Of a stretch of DNA of 43,441 bases, positions 27,858 through 36,341 are shown in pieces. How positions within the stretch are numbered: the first letter of the stretch is position 1; the number at the start of each line of letters is the position of its first letter. The DNA comes from Desulfosporosinus sp. (lineage in GTDB: Bacteria > Bacillota > Desulfitobacteriia > Desulfitobacteriales > Desulfitobacteriaceae), in NCBI GenBank assembly GCA_003132105.1, contig PKWS01000193.1:1-43441 (forward strand), read 5' to 3'. Below the pieces are notes generated by a model. That model did no database searches, was not told where the DNA came from, and worked only from the letters and a program-made list of their open reading frames with translations. A program made the position numbers and the translations under genes.

Positions 27858-28517
27858 CTATTGAATCCTTGGCGACCAGCACCGGATAAACTCAAACGCC
27901 TTAGTCAGATCGGACCTCTTCAGGTCCCTGTAACTTGGAATGACAAAATGCTTTTTTAGAGCTCCATAGATCTGTCGGTATGCATCAGGTAAGCCAATGT
28001 TATGAGCCTTGGAATTTACTGCGCCTTGGATCTGCTTTTGCTCCCGAGTGGTAAGTGTGATCTCGTTCGTGACCTTCTGGTCGATGGTGGCAAGTTTGAA
28101 TTCGTGGTCAGTAATCACGGCCGCTTGTTGTTGCTGGGTAAGTCGGAACTCTTTCATGCTTTGAGCTTGCATGATGATTAGGTCTTCAATGCTTTGGGGT
28201 TTGACTGAGTAGGAGCCGGTTTTGCGGATGGAGGGGAGGATTTCATCAGCTACTAGAATTTGAAAGGCCTGTGCTCCATATGTTTCACCCTTCATTGATA
28301 GACGGTAGAAAACATTCTCGGGTATAAACTCTTTCCCCACCAAATGGGGAAAACGCATATCTCTCAGATAGCCATTCACCCGATCCCATCTGACGTATTC
28401 TTTGCCCTCCTTTAATTGAGTGAGTCCCAAGCCTCTGGCAACGGCCTCCGTATTCAGCCAAGCAACTCCGCCTTCGTCGATATAGCCTTTGACTCCGGAT
28501 ACTGTAATTAGGTTCAA
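27858..28517 (-). CDS. Phage antirepressor (Bro-N-like plus ORF6C-like)
   Basis: FIPENVFYRL, EILPSIRKTGSY, and LKKHF...SYRDL C-terminus. Confidence 0.85.
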   Translation of the reverse strand: MNLITVSGVKGYIDEGGVAWLNTEAVARGLGLTQLKEGKEYVRWDRVNGYLRDMRFPHLVGKEFIPENVFYRLSMKGETYGAQAFQILVADEILPSIRKTGSYSVKPQSIEDLIIMQAQSMKEFRLTQQQQAAVITDHEFKLATIDQKVTNEITLTTREQKQIQGAVNSKAHNIGLPDAYRQIYGALKKHFVIPSYRDLKRSDLTKAFEFIRCWSPRIQ

Positions 28518-28610
28518 TTTGAATCCTCCTTTTCTTTATTAGTTCCAAGTTACTACTCACACTCATGTGGGCTTCGCCACTAATTGCTCATAAACCAACT
28601 TCTTCACAAA

Positions 28611-28820
28611 CTAGCTAACTAATTTAGATTTCTCGTTCTTTCTGGCCTCGATCCATGCTAGGAAGTCCTTCTTTTCCACTCGTTTGGATGCTCCAATATC
28701 GAAGTTAGGAATACCACCATGCTTCGGGACAGTTTGAAACAACTCGTAAACTCTCCGGCGTGAGATCCCCAGGTAATCTGCAATGAGTTGGGCTGTTAGG
28801 ATTTCGGGTAACTTATCCAT
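28611..28820 (-). CDS. xis: Excisionase-like HTH protein
   Basis: LTAQ.IADYLGISRRRVYEL...IP...IG..KRV...F..W motif. Confidence 0.75.
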   Translation of the reverse strand: MDKLPEILTAQLIADYLGISRRRVYELFQTVPKHGGIPNFDIGASKRVEKKDFLAWIEARKNEKSKLVS

Positions 28821-28822
28821 CG

Positions 28823-29035
28823 CTACTCCCCTTTCTGATCTGATAAGAATAATTCTTCGATGGTCATACTAGGGAAATGCTTATTCCGAATAGCTACGGT
28901 TTCCATAAGTGTGAATGGCCTAACTCCAGTAAGTTTGTTGAAGGCTGTCTTCTGGCAGACGTTCATTGCTTGGGCAATGTCCACTGGTTTCAGTCCCTTA
29001 CGGGCCATCTCTGCGTTCAGATTCGGGAATGCCAT
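28823..29035 (-). CDS. Cro-like XRE protein
   Basis: MAFPNLNAEMARKG HTH; divergent from the repressor; RBS GAGGAG before ATG29035. Confidence 0.85.
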   Translation of the reverse strand: MAFPNLNAEMARKGLKPVDIAQAMNVCQKTAFNKLTGVRPFTLMETVAIRNKHFPSMTIEELFLSDQKGE

Positions 29036-29052
29036 GTGTTTCGCTCCTCTCT

Positions 29053-29131
29053 TTACGAAATGTCGTAACTTTATTTTTATATTATACGAATAATCGTAAC
29101 GAGTCAAGCATAATATTACTATTTTTCGTAA
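29053..29131. promoter_or_regulatory. Three operator palindromes, consensus TTACGA-N4-TCGTAA
   Basis: 29053 TTACGAaatgTCGTAA, 29084 ATACGAataaTCGTAA, 29116 TTACTAttttTCGTAA, between divergent cro and cI. Confidence 0.8.
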
Positions 29132-29193
29132 ATACTATATTGATATTAGTAATAATTTTATATACAATAAGAAAAACGGAGGTGTGTCTATAA

Positions 29194-29523
29194 TTGGAAC
29201 TTTGGGAAGTATTTAAGGAACTGGTCAATGAGAAAGGAGTTAAGATTTCCGACATTGCAAACGCTACCGGGATACCGTATACGACGATAGATAGCATCAT
29301 TAAGAAGAAACTTAAGGACATCAAATTCGATAGCGCTGTTAAGATCGCTGAATACTTCGACGTTCCCGTGGAATATTTAGCATCCGGTATATTTATTAAG
29401 AAGGACAAGCCTGTTGATCTGGAAGGTATCGATCTCTTAAATGAGTATGGAATAAAGCGACTGAAGTTATATCTAGAAGGCGTTTTACTAATTGATAAGG
29501 ATTGCTTAAAGGAAAGGGGATGA
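29194..29523 (+). CDS. CI-like XRE repressor without a peptidase domain
   Basis: DIANATGIPYTTIDS...KIAEYFDVPVEYL HTH; lies between cro and int. Confidence 0.85.
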   Translation: MELWEVFKELVNEKGVKISDIANATGIPYTTIDSIIKKKLKDIKFDSAVKIAEYFDVPVEYLASGIFIKKDKPVDLEGIDLLNEYGIKRLKLYLEGVLLIDKDCLKERG

Positions 29524-29527
29524 ATAC

Positions 29528-30706
29528 GTGAAGGGTTACTTTCGTAAGCGTGGCGACACATGGTCTTACACTATCGATATAGGCATAAAGCCAGAAACTG
29601 GGGACAGGGATCAAAAGACAAAGGGCGGTTTTCGGACAAAAAAAGAAGCACAGCTCGCAGCGGCTGTACTAATGCAGGAATTGGATCGAGGGTCATACGT
29701 TAAGGAAATCGAAGTGCTGTTCAAGGACTACACCGCTGAATGGTTAATGCTTTACCAAAACACCGGGCGAGTGAAGATAACAACTATTGATATTAGAAAA
29801 TATGGGATTAGTAAACTAACGCCATATTTCGCTCATAAAAAAATCAAGGAAATCACTAGAAGAATGTATCAAGGCGCTTTAAACGATCTAAGTATTAGTG
29901 GATACACTATCGGCACACTTAGGGCTATTAACTCTACTGGAAGAATGCTTTTCAAGAAAGCTGTGGAATTGGGATACATCAAGGTTGATCCTACTCATTA
30001 TGCAGTTGTACCAAAAACTCAAAAGACAGTTGAGGAAATAGAAGAGGAGATAGAAATCCCTAAATACCTTGAAAAGGAAGAATTAACTATATTTTTGGAT
30101 ACAGCACGAAGAAAAGGCTTGGATAGCGATTATCTAGTTTTCAAGTTATTGGCATACAGTGGGATTAGACTCGGTGAATTGTGCGCCTTAATGTGGAAAG
30201 ATATTGATTTCGAGAACCACACGATAAGTATTACAAAGACCTATTACAATAAAGACTACAAAGCTACCAGTTACACCTTACTCACGCCTAAAACAAGGAA
30301 ATCTAAAAGGACCATCGCGATTGATGTCTCTGTTCTGGAAGAACTAGAAAAACATAAAGCTCTCCAAAATATATACAAGATGGAACACCGCGATAATTAC
30401 TATCCTAAAGATTTTATCTTCATCAATAAAACCAAGTACCCAGGATACCCTAGGCCCCTCAAATTGTTTGAGGACCGAATGACACGAATACTGAAGCTTG
30501 CTAAACTGAATGAGAATCTAACCCCCCATTCATTACGCCACACTCACACTTCGCTACTCGCAGAGGCCGGAGTAGGGTTAGAGGAGATCATGGAGAGACT
30601 TGGACACGCTGACGATGAAGTAACTAGAATGGTTTACATGCATGTAACCAAGACAATGAAAAAAGAGGCATCCCAAAAATTCAGCGAATTAATGAGAAGC
30701 CTCTAA
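29528..30706 (+). CDS. int: Tyrosine integrase with N-terminal arm-binding domain
   Basis: KGGFRTKKEA arm domain; SGIRLGE, PKT, HSLRHTH, RLGH and VY catalytic residues. Confidence 0.96.
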   Translation: MKGYFRKRGDTWSYTIDIGIKPETGDRDQKTKGGFRTKKEAQLAAAVLMQELDRGSYVKEIEVLFKDYTAEWLMLYQNTGRVKITTIDIRKYGISKLTPYFAHKKIKEITRRMYQGALNDLSISGYTIGTLRAINSTGRMLFKKAVELGYIKVDPTHYAVVPKTQKTVEEIEEEIEIPKYLEKEELTIFLDTARRKGLDSDYLVFKLLAYSGIRLGELCALMWKDIDFENHTISITKTYYNKDYKATSYTLLTPKTRKSKRTIAIDVSVLEELEKHKALQNIYKMEHRDNYYPKDFIFINKTKYPGYPRPLKLFEDRMTRILKLAKLNENLTPHSLRHTHTSLLAEAGVGLEEIMERLGHADDEVTRMVYMHVTKTMKKEASQKFSELMRSL

Positions 30707-30718
30707 TTTTTTGAAATC

Positions 30719-30957
30719 AAATGTGGTCAAAATGTGGTCATTGGGGTAGTATGGTGAACCTGGTCCCTTTATTTACTGGGCTCAAGCCCTTTTACCCCAA
30801 TATCCCGTCGATACTATAACCACTTTGTAACATGATGTATTACGATATATCGTAATACATCATGAGGCTTAAATTAAGGATTTCTTAATTTAATTTACGA
30901 TATATCGTTAACTACGTGTTACCTTATTTACTTAATTGCGTGGTCAGAATGTGGTCC
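30719..30957. other. attP region
   Basis: Tandem arm repeats AAATGTGGTCA x2 (30719-30740) and CGTGGTCA/AATGTGGTCC (30939-30957) flank an AT-rich palindromic interval just downstream of int. Confidence 0.75.
30831..30864. repeat. Perfect 34-bp palindrome
   Basis: CATGATGTATTACGATA|TATCGTAATACATCATG. Confidence 0.95.
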
Positions 30958-31188
30958 AAGGTTATATTTATTATGATTCGTACAATCGTCCTCATGGCCG
31001 GGATAGATGGCAATCATGGGTATTTTAAGCAGAGATGTTATCTTTAACATTATGCTTAATTGTGCATCCCCGGGGTTTACTTCATATGAACTATAGACAC
31101 TTTTGGGTATACCCAGTTGAGCTGCTACCGCCCCCCGTGTATACCCTCTAGCTTCCCTTACTGATCGTAGCGTTACCTTATACATCAA
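30928..31188 (-). CDS. XRE-family HTH protein, probably SOS-inducible
   Basis: TLRSVREARGYT...VAAQLGI....YSSYE HTH; LexA box upstream. Confidence 0.8.
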   Translation of the reverse strand: MMYKVTLRSVREARGYTRGAVAAQLGIPKSVYSSYEVNPGDAQLSIMLKITSLLKIPMIAIYPGHEDDCTNHNKYNLGPHSDHAIK

Positions 31189-31251
31189 TATTCCCCCTCA
31201 TTATTAGAAACTGCAAGTATATACAAAAAAGAACGTTTATTTCTTTTATTA

Positions 31252-31263
31252 GAACATATGTTC
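31252..31263. promoter_or_regulatory. LexA (SOS/Cheo) box
   Basis: GAACATATGTTC, an exact GAAC-N4-GTTC match. Confidence 0.75.
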
Positions 31264-31498
31264 CGATCATCTTCAAGGGGTAATTTGTCGCAAAGACAAG
31301 TTTATATATTTAGTTGGTCTTATATCATCCCTTTCGTTGCTACCTATAGGACTAAAGTACCAAATTGTCAATTTATTTCGACGATTGAAGTATACACCCT
31401 TTAGCAAGTCGAATGAGTGAAAAACTTGTCGACAATCCTTATTTATTTTAGGATAGATCATCCCTATATGCAGTGCAATTCCAAGATTTTTAGATAGA

Positions 31499-31525
31499 AG
31501 GAATTTCCGTATTTGTGTGGAATAA
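31499..31525 (+). promoter_or_regulatory. Sigma-H-like promoter
   Basis: AGGAATT-N11-GTGGAATAA, 20 bp before ATG31546. Confidence 0.6.
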
Positions 31526-31545
31526 TTTTCCTTGGTGATGAATTC

Positions 31546-31731
31546 ATGAATAAGATCCGCGAGATAATGAAGAAGCGGGGGCTGACACAAGAAGACCTAT
31601 CAGAGATGACCGGCATCGATCAAAGCACCTTGAGTAAAATCATAAACGAAAAAAAGGCAATAACACTTGACACTGCAAAGAAAATATCGTCCGCACTCGG
31701 TTTTTCAATCGAGTACATCTGGCCAAGCTGA
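31546..31731 (+). CDS. Small XRE-family HTH protein
   Basis: MNKIREIMKKRGLTQEDLSEMTGIDQSTLSKI. Confidence 0.88.
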   Translation: MNKIREIMKKRGLTQEDLSEMTGIDQSTLSKIINEKKAITLDTAKKISSALGFSIEYIWPS

Positions 31732-31773
31732 TAGTTTGGTCATTTTTTTATATAATTTTAATTATTTTTTTAA

Positions 31774-31802
31774 TCATAATTAGGGTCGATCGTTCATATT
31801 TA
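31774..31802 (+). promoter_or_regulatory. Sporulation sigma (sigma-E-like) promoter candidate
   Basis: TCATAAT-N14-CATATTTA compared with KMATATT-N14-CATACAnT; the -10 element is imperfect. Confidence 0.4.
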
Positions 31803-31886
31803 TTAACACACCATAAGACATCAGGCGAACATCAAAAACCCAATGTCTTACATTATACTACGCAACTCGGACAAATTTTTGAGGGG

Positions 31887-32105
31887 GTGAACACCACGGA
31901 AAAGAAAGAAACTTTTTGGGCAGACGCACCGCTCGTAGAAAAGCTCTCCACGATCCCCAGGAGCGAGAAGAGCACGATTATCAGGATGGCGCTCCGGGCG
32001 TGGTTCGGGATCACGAACAGTAAGCCAGTGGAACCCATTACGGCGCAGCAAGTAGCCCGGGAATTAATGGCTAATCTAAAAATTGAAAGGAGTGTCAGTC
32101 AATGA
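31887..32105 (+). CDS. Ribbon-helix-helix-like regulator
   Basis: Short beta strand (ETFW) followed by ...KSTIIRMALRAWF. Confidence 0.6.
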   Translation: MNTTEKKETFWADAPLVEKLSTIPRSEKSTIIRMALRAWFGITNSKPVEPITAQQVARELMANLKIERSVSQ

Positions 32106-32308
32106 CAAAAGTATTGGATATTCTCAAGATTGAAAAGACGGTCCGTAAATCTATGAAGGACTATGCAATCACCGCGAAATACGATGAAGAGGTCCTAGTC
32201 AGATTGATCTCCGTGGACATTTGGTTGAATTTGAATGCGGAGGATGTTGCCCCTGCGCCAAAACCAAAACGCACTAATTCTCAGGAGGTAAATAAAGAGG
32301 GGGAGTAA
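32102..32308 (+). CDS. Hypothetical protein
   Basis: AAGGAG RBS; ATGA overlap. Confidence 0.65.
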   Translation: MTKVLDILKIEKTVRKSMKDYAITAKYDEEVLVRLISVDIWLNLNAEDVAPAPKPKRTNSQEVNKEGE

Positions 32309-32310
32309 TT

Positions 32311-32622
32311 ATGAAATTCGTGTTGGCAAACAAAACTGCTCTTGCCGCTTCTGCCCTAGCACTAACTCTAGTTATCCCAAGTCTAGCTCTTGCAGCCGGT
32401 GACGTTTCACAAGTCGGAATGCAGCTATATGACAAGATCGCTGTGGGTGGTGGGTTGGTTGTACTCATAAAGGGTGGAGTTGATATCATTCAGTCAGCTT
32501 TGTCCTCTGATTGGCCCAAGGTTAAGCAAATTCTTATGTACTCTGCCGGTATTTCAATAGTCTTGATTCTCTACCCTACATTCTTAAGATTAATCGAGAA
32601 TACTGCGAGAGGAATGAGGTAA
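32311..32622 (+). CDS. TrbC/VirB2 pilin-like membrane protein
   Basis: Signal peptide ending ALA-A, then two hydrophobic helices with a basic loop; 103 aa. Confidence 0.6.
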   Translation: MKFVLANKTALAASALALTLVIPSLALAAGDVSQVGMQLYDKIAVGGGLVVLIKGGVDIIQSALSSDWPKVKQILMYSAGISIVLILYPTFLRLIENTARGMR

Positions 32623-33282
32623 ATGATTTCCCCACTGAAAGAGCTTACCTATCGGATAACTACCCACTTTGGGGAAATAGATAGTTTCCACTCAGTTCCA
32701 CATACAGGGGTAGATTACGCTACCCCTCTTAACACCATAGCACAATCTGTATCCGATGGAATAGTTGGGAAAATATCTAATGACCCTTTGTTAGGTGAGA
32801 ATATACGCGTCACAGCCGACAACGGCAGAGAATGGGTATATGGACACCTTAATCAAGTAAACGTATCCTATGGACAGCACGTGGCCCGTGGTGACACTTT
32901 AGGACTCACAGGAGGTATGCCGGGAACTGTTGGGGCTGGACATAGTTCTGGCCCACATATTCACATTGGTTTACTGCAAAATGGGGCACTAATTGATCCA
33001 ACATCTGCCCTTGATCCCTCGTTTATGGATAGGGCCAAGGATTTATTATTTAATGCCCCTGTGGTAGTTACACCAGGAGAAAGATTCGTAAACTATGCCT
33101 CGTCCATAAGCCACTCTATATGGAGTGCAATAGTTCCAGCCATCGTTCCTTTAGCCCATTCTATAACTCTCATAGGAGGTGTTATCCTTATAGTCCTTTA
33201 TATAGGTGGATACAAACCAGGACTTAATAAGCTAGGTATTCTCTTAGTTGGAAATATGTTAGTGCAAATTGTTTTTCAATAA
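32623..33282 (+). CDS. M23/LytM peptidase with C-terminal membrane hairpin
   Basis: HTGVD, YGHL and GPHIH zinc motifs; two C-terminal hydrophobic segments. Confidence 0.88.
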   Translation: MISPLKELTYRITTHFGEIDSFHSVPHTGVDYATPLNTIAQSVSDGIVGKISNDPLLGENIRVTADNGREWVYGHLNQVNVSYGQHVARGDTLGLTGGMPGTVGAGHSSGPHIHIGLLQNGALIDPTSALDPSFMDRAKDLLFNAPVVVTPGERFVNYASSISHSIWSAIVPAIVPLAHSITLIGGVILIVLYIGGYKPGLNKLGILLVGNMLVQIVFQ

Positions 33283-33292
33283 GGAGGTAACT

Positions 33293-35719
33293 ATGAAAAG
33301 TTTAAAGTTATCGGATTACTTTTCCATGATAAACCCCGAATATTCCTACTTGAAAATGACTCCAAACAATTCATTAAAGAATAACCAAACAGATAAGATT
33401 GCACTTAGTATCGCTTCACTAGCTTACTCTGCATTAATAAGGACAGAAAAAGGGTTTATCTGGCATCTACCTTTTGGAAGAAATAGACTCTTTCCTACTC
33501 AGTTATCTGTTATCAATCCTGCAAAGGTTTCCTATTATATCTATCTGACCAAAACATCGGCAGAGTTTTACTTTATTATTCCGACTCTCTCCCTTTCGAT
33601 CATCAAGGAAAAAATCAGATCAGTGTGGACAACTGTGACCATGCGCGAAGTTGAGAAAAATATGCTTCCTACGTTTACCTCTGATGCTACAGCCCATTCT
33701 CTGTCATACACTCAGGAGGATGCACTTTCCCTTGTAAGCGACAAGAGGGATGATGACCTATTATCTGCTAACCTAAATCTTTTGAACGTCTTAGAAGAGG
33801 ATGACAAAGTAGGCATATTTTACAACTTTATACCCACGAATCAGAACTGGTGGAGATCAACCTATCGAAACACCATCAACAAGGTTAAGGCATCTGAGTC
33901 TACGGAAAAGGAAAAGGGTAATTTAAATTATTTATTAAAGTTTGCTGCCTCACAGGTTCAATCTATCTCAGATTTAATTGCCGAAATGTTGTCAAGTAAG
34001 AAGGCGTACACCCCTACTCCAAGCTATGATCCACGTGACCCTCGGATCATTCCGTCTTATTATCCATCTACTACCTCTAACCTTATCTCTAATTCAACTC
34101 GTAAGAAGCAGAATGAAACCATTATAGATACTCAAATTCTTATACTGTCTGAGTCTGATTCTCGCATTAGGCAACATAATAATGCGAAGTCCCTAGCTCA
34201 TAGTTTTCAATCCATCAGTGAGCCAGAAGGAGGGAACACTTTAAAGACTAAACATTATCGGCAGACATTTAATCCCACTATTTACTCACTGCCATCTGCC
34301 AACAGAAATAAACTCTCTTCTGCTGAATGTCAGAACCTTATAGCCTTACCGGGGAGAAAGTTGCTAGAAAGACATACCCAAATTGCTAAGACAGAAACCC
34401 AAGAGACTCAGGTACCCTCTGAATTAAAAACTGGGGTAATGTGTATTGGAAAATGCACTTATAGAGGGGTAACGCAAGAGGCGTTTTTGTCCACCGATAA
34501 GGAACACCAGCAATTAACATTAGTAGTCGTTGGGCCCACAAGAGCAGGAAAAACAACCCTGTTAGGTTCTCTGGCCAAGGACGCGATCGTCCATAAGGAA
34601 TGCGTCATAATGTTCGATTTCATAAAGAATTGTGAAGCGTCTAAGGAAGTAGCCGAGAATTTTACCGAAGATCAAGCTCTCGTAATTTCCTGTGCTAATT
34701 TAGACGAACTCCAAGGACTTGGATACAACGAATTTGATGAAGTCGATAACAGTAACGTAATGGATGCTTACATAAACGCTAAGAGACAAACTCAACAGCT
34801 GCTAACCCTAGTTAACTCTATCAACTCAGATGATAAGAACTTAGCCCCACGAATGGAGAGATTTCTCACCTGCGCGTCACTTATCACTTTTATCCAAAAA
34901 GGTTCGATCAAGGACGTCTTTGATGTTCTTAGCAATCATGAGACACGCGCCCATTTCATATTCAATACTCCGTCTTCTCAGAAAACTAATTTAGAAGAGT
35001 ATATTTTGGGGCTTAAGGAACTTGACGAATTGGACTCCAAGACCAAAGAAGTCATTGGGACCAAGACCTCTAATATCACGAATATAATAGATCGCTTACA
35101 GAAATTAAAAGCGAATCCCTATATGGAACTGATGCTTAAAAAGGGAACCGAAAACAACATAAGCCTAATAAAAGAGCTTCAAAAACCCCAACTTATTATT
35201 CTACAAATGCCAGAAAAGATGTTTAGCACCGACGCCGAAAGGGATGTTTACACAACATACTGGATGACTAAAATATACTTAGCTCTCCAGCTCAGAGCCG
35301 ACATATATCAAGGAAGAGATGACGAACTCGTAAAGGTGAATCTGATCATAGACGAAATTTACCAGGTACACCATACCGAAGAGTTTTTAACAGAAAAGCT
35401 TTCTCGCCTCGCTAAATTTAAACTCAAGCCGATCTTATCCTGCCACTATTTGAACCAGATCAAGGTTATCCGAGATGAACTACGGTCTGCCAATGCTTCA
35501 TATATGTTGATCTCAGGCTGTGATAAAAAGAACTTCGCAGAGTTAGAAGAAGAACTTTACCCTTATGAAGTTGACGATCTCCTGCATTTGCCCCGCTTTC
35601 ATTCTCTCAATCTTATAAAAAGTAGTGCCAGATATGAGCGATTCATCACTGATCTAACGAATATAGGAAAGCATAAAAAAGAAGAGAAAAAGGTTGTTCA
35701 TCTAAGTTTAGTCAGCTAA
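33293..35719 (+). CDS. VirB4/VirD4/HerA-FtsK superfamily ATPase
   Basis: Walker A VVGPTRAGKT, Walker B LIIDEIYQ, LS.LAKF and HYLNQ (Q-motif); ATG33293 follows AAGGAGG. Confidence 0.8.
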   Translation: MKSLKLSDYFSMINPEYSYLKMTPNNSLKNNQTDKIALSIASLAYSALIRTEKGFIWHLPFGRNRLFPTQLSVINPAKVSYYIYLTKTSAEFYFIIPTLSLSIIKEKIRSVWTTVTMREVEKNMLPTFTSDATAHSLSYTQEDALSLVSDKRDDDLLSANLNLLNVLEEDDKVGIFYNFIPTNQNWWRSTYRNTINKVKASESTEKEKGNLNYLLKFAASQVQSISDLIAEMLSSKKAYTPTPSYDPRDPRIIPSYYPSTTSNLISNSTRKKQNETIIDTQILILSESDSRIRQHNNAKSLAHSFQSISEPEGGNTLKTKHYRQTFNPTIYSLPSANRNKLSSAECQNLIALPGRKLLERHTQIAKTETQETQVPSELKTGVMCIGKCTYRGVTQEAFLSTDKEHQQLTLVVVGPTRAGKTTLLGSLAKDAIVHKECVIMFDFIKNCEASKEVAENFTEDQALVISCANLDELQGLGYNEFDEVDNSNVMDAYINAKRQTQQLLTLVNSINSDDKNLAPRMERFLTCASLITFIQKGSIKDVFDVLSNHETRAHFIFNTPSSQKTNLEEYILGLKELDELDSKTKEVIGTKTSNITNIIDRLQKLKANPYMELMLKKGTENNISLIKELQKPQLIILQMPEKMFSTDAERDVYTTYWMTKIYLALQLRADIYQGRDDELVKVNLIIDEIYQVHHTEEFLTEKLSRLAKFKLKPILSCHYLNQIKVIRDELRSANASYMLISGCDKKNFAELEEELYPYEVDDLLHLPRFHSLNLIKSSARYERFITDLTNIGKHKKEEKKVVHLSLVS

Positions 35720-35910
35720 TTTAAAGTTTATTTTTAAATAATAGGAAAAGGGTTCTATATGAAAGGAGGTGGTGCATACAATTCAATTGAATAATTGAAT
35801 GCCCATAGAACGAGTCCGCCCTCACGTGTTTATGTCTCGCGGCAGGAAAAACCTATCTCGCGTAGAACTTAATAACTGTTTTAGTAAAATATAATCGGAG
35901 GCGATTACAC

Positions 35911-36288
35911 TTGGGCTGGTTTGAAAACCAAAAAGAGCGCAATGAGGCATATAAAGCGCAAAAAGCATTAGAGAAGAAAGAAGCATTGGAGAAAGGTGAA
36001 CCAAGTACTTGGGATAAGATTAAGTCCAAAGCGCAGGAAAGTATGGATAAAGCTGGGGCAATAGCTGATCAAGAAAAAGCAAGGAAGAAGGAAATGGATG
36101 ATCAAGGCATCCCCTATTGCCCTAAGTGCCTATCGACATCTTTAAGCGCACAGAAAAAAGGCGGGAGCATTGTTAAGGGCCTTGTGGGAGGAGCTATTGC
36201 CGGACCGATAGGATTATTGGCTGGTGGGATTGGCAGGAATAAGATGGATCTGTATTGCATGAAATGTGGTAATAAGTTTAGAGCATAG
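35911..36288 (+). CDS. Zn-ribbon/glycine-zipper moron protein
   Basis: CPKC, GLVGGAIAGPIGLLAGGIG and CMKC motifs; GGAGG RBS. Confidence 0.75.
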   Translation: MGWFENQKERNEAYKAQKALEKKEALEKGEPSTWDKIKSKAQESMDKAGAIADQEKARKKEMDDQGIPYCPKCLSTSLSAQKKGGSIVKGLVGGAIAGPIGLLAGGIGRNKMDLYCMKCGNKFRA

Positions 36289-36300
36289 ACGTAGAAACGC

Positions 36301-36338
36301 AACTAAGGCCTCAGCTAATTAAAGCTGAGGCCTTAGTT
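36301..36338. terminator. Bidirectional terminator
   Basis: 16-bp perfect stem AACTAAGGCCTCAGCT/AGCTGAGGCCTTAGTT between convergent genes. Confidence 0.85.
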
Positions 36339-36341
36339 TTA

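Noticed and set aside
30856-30864. groEL 3'-end att core (TACATCATG)
   Set aside because: The match is one arm of the palindrome and lacks the adjacent Gly-Met codons.
35750-35815. Type I toxin gene after AAAGGAGGTGGTGC
   Set aside because: Only 8-11-codon non-hydrophobic frames follow; at most a remnant.
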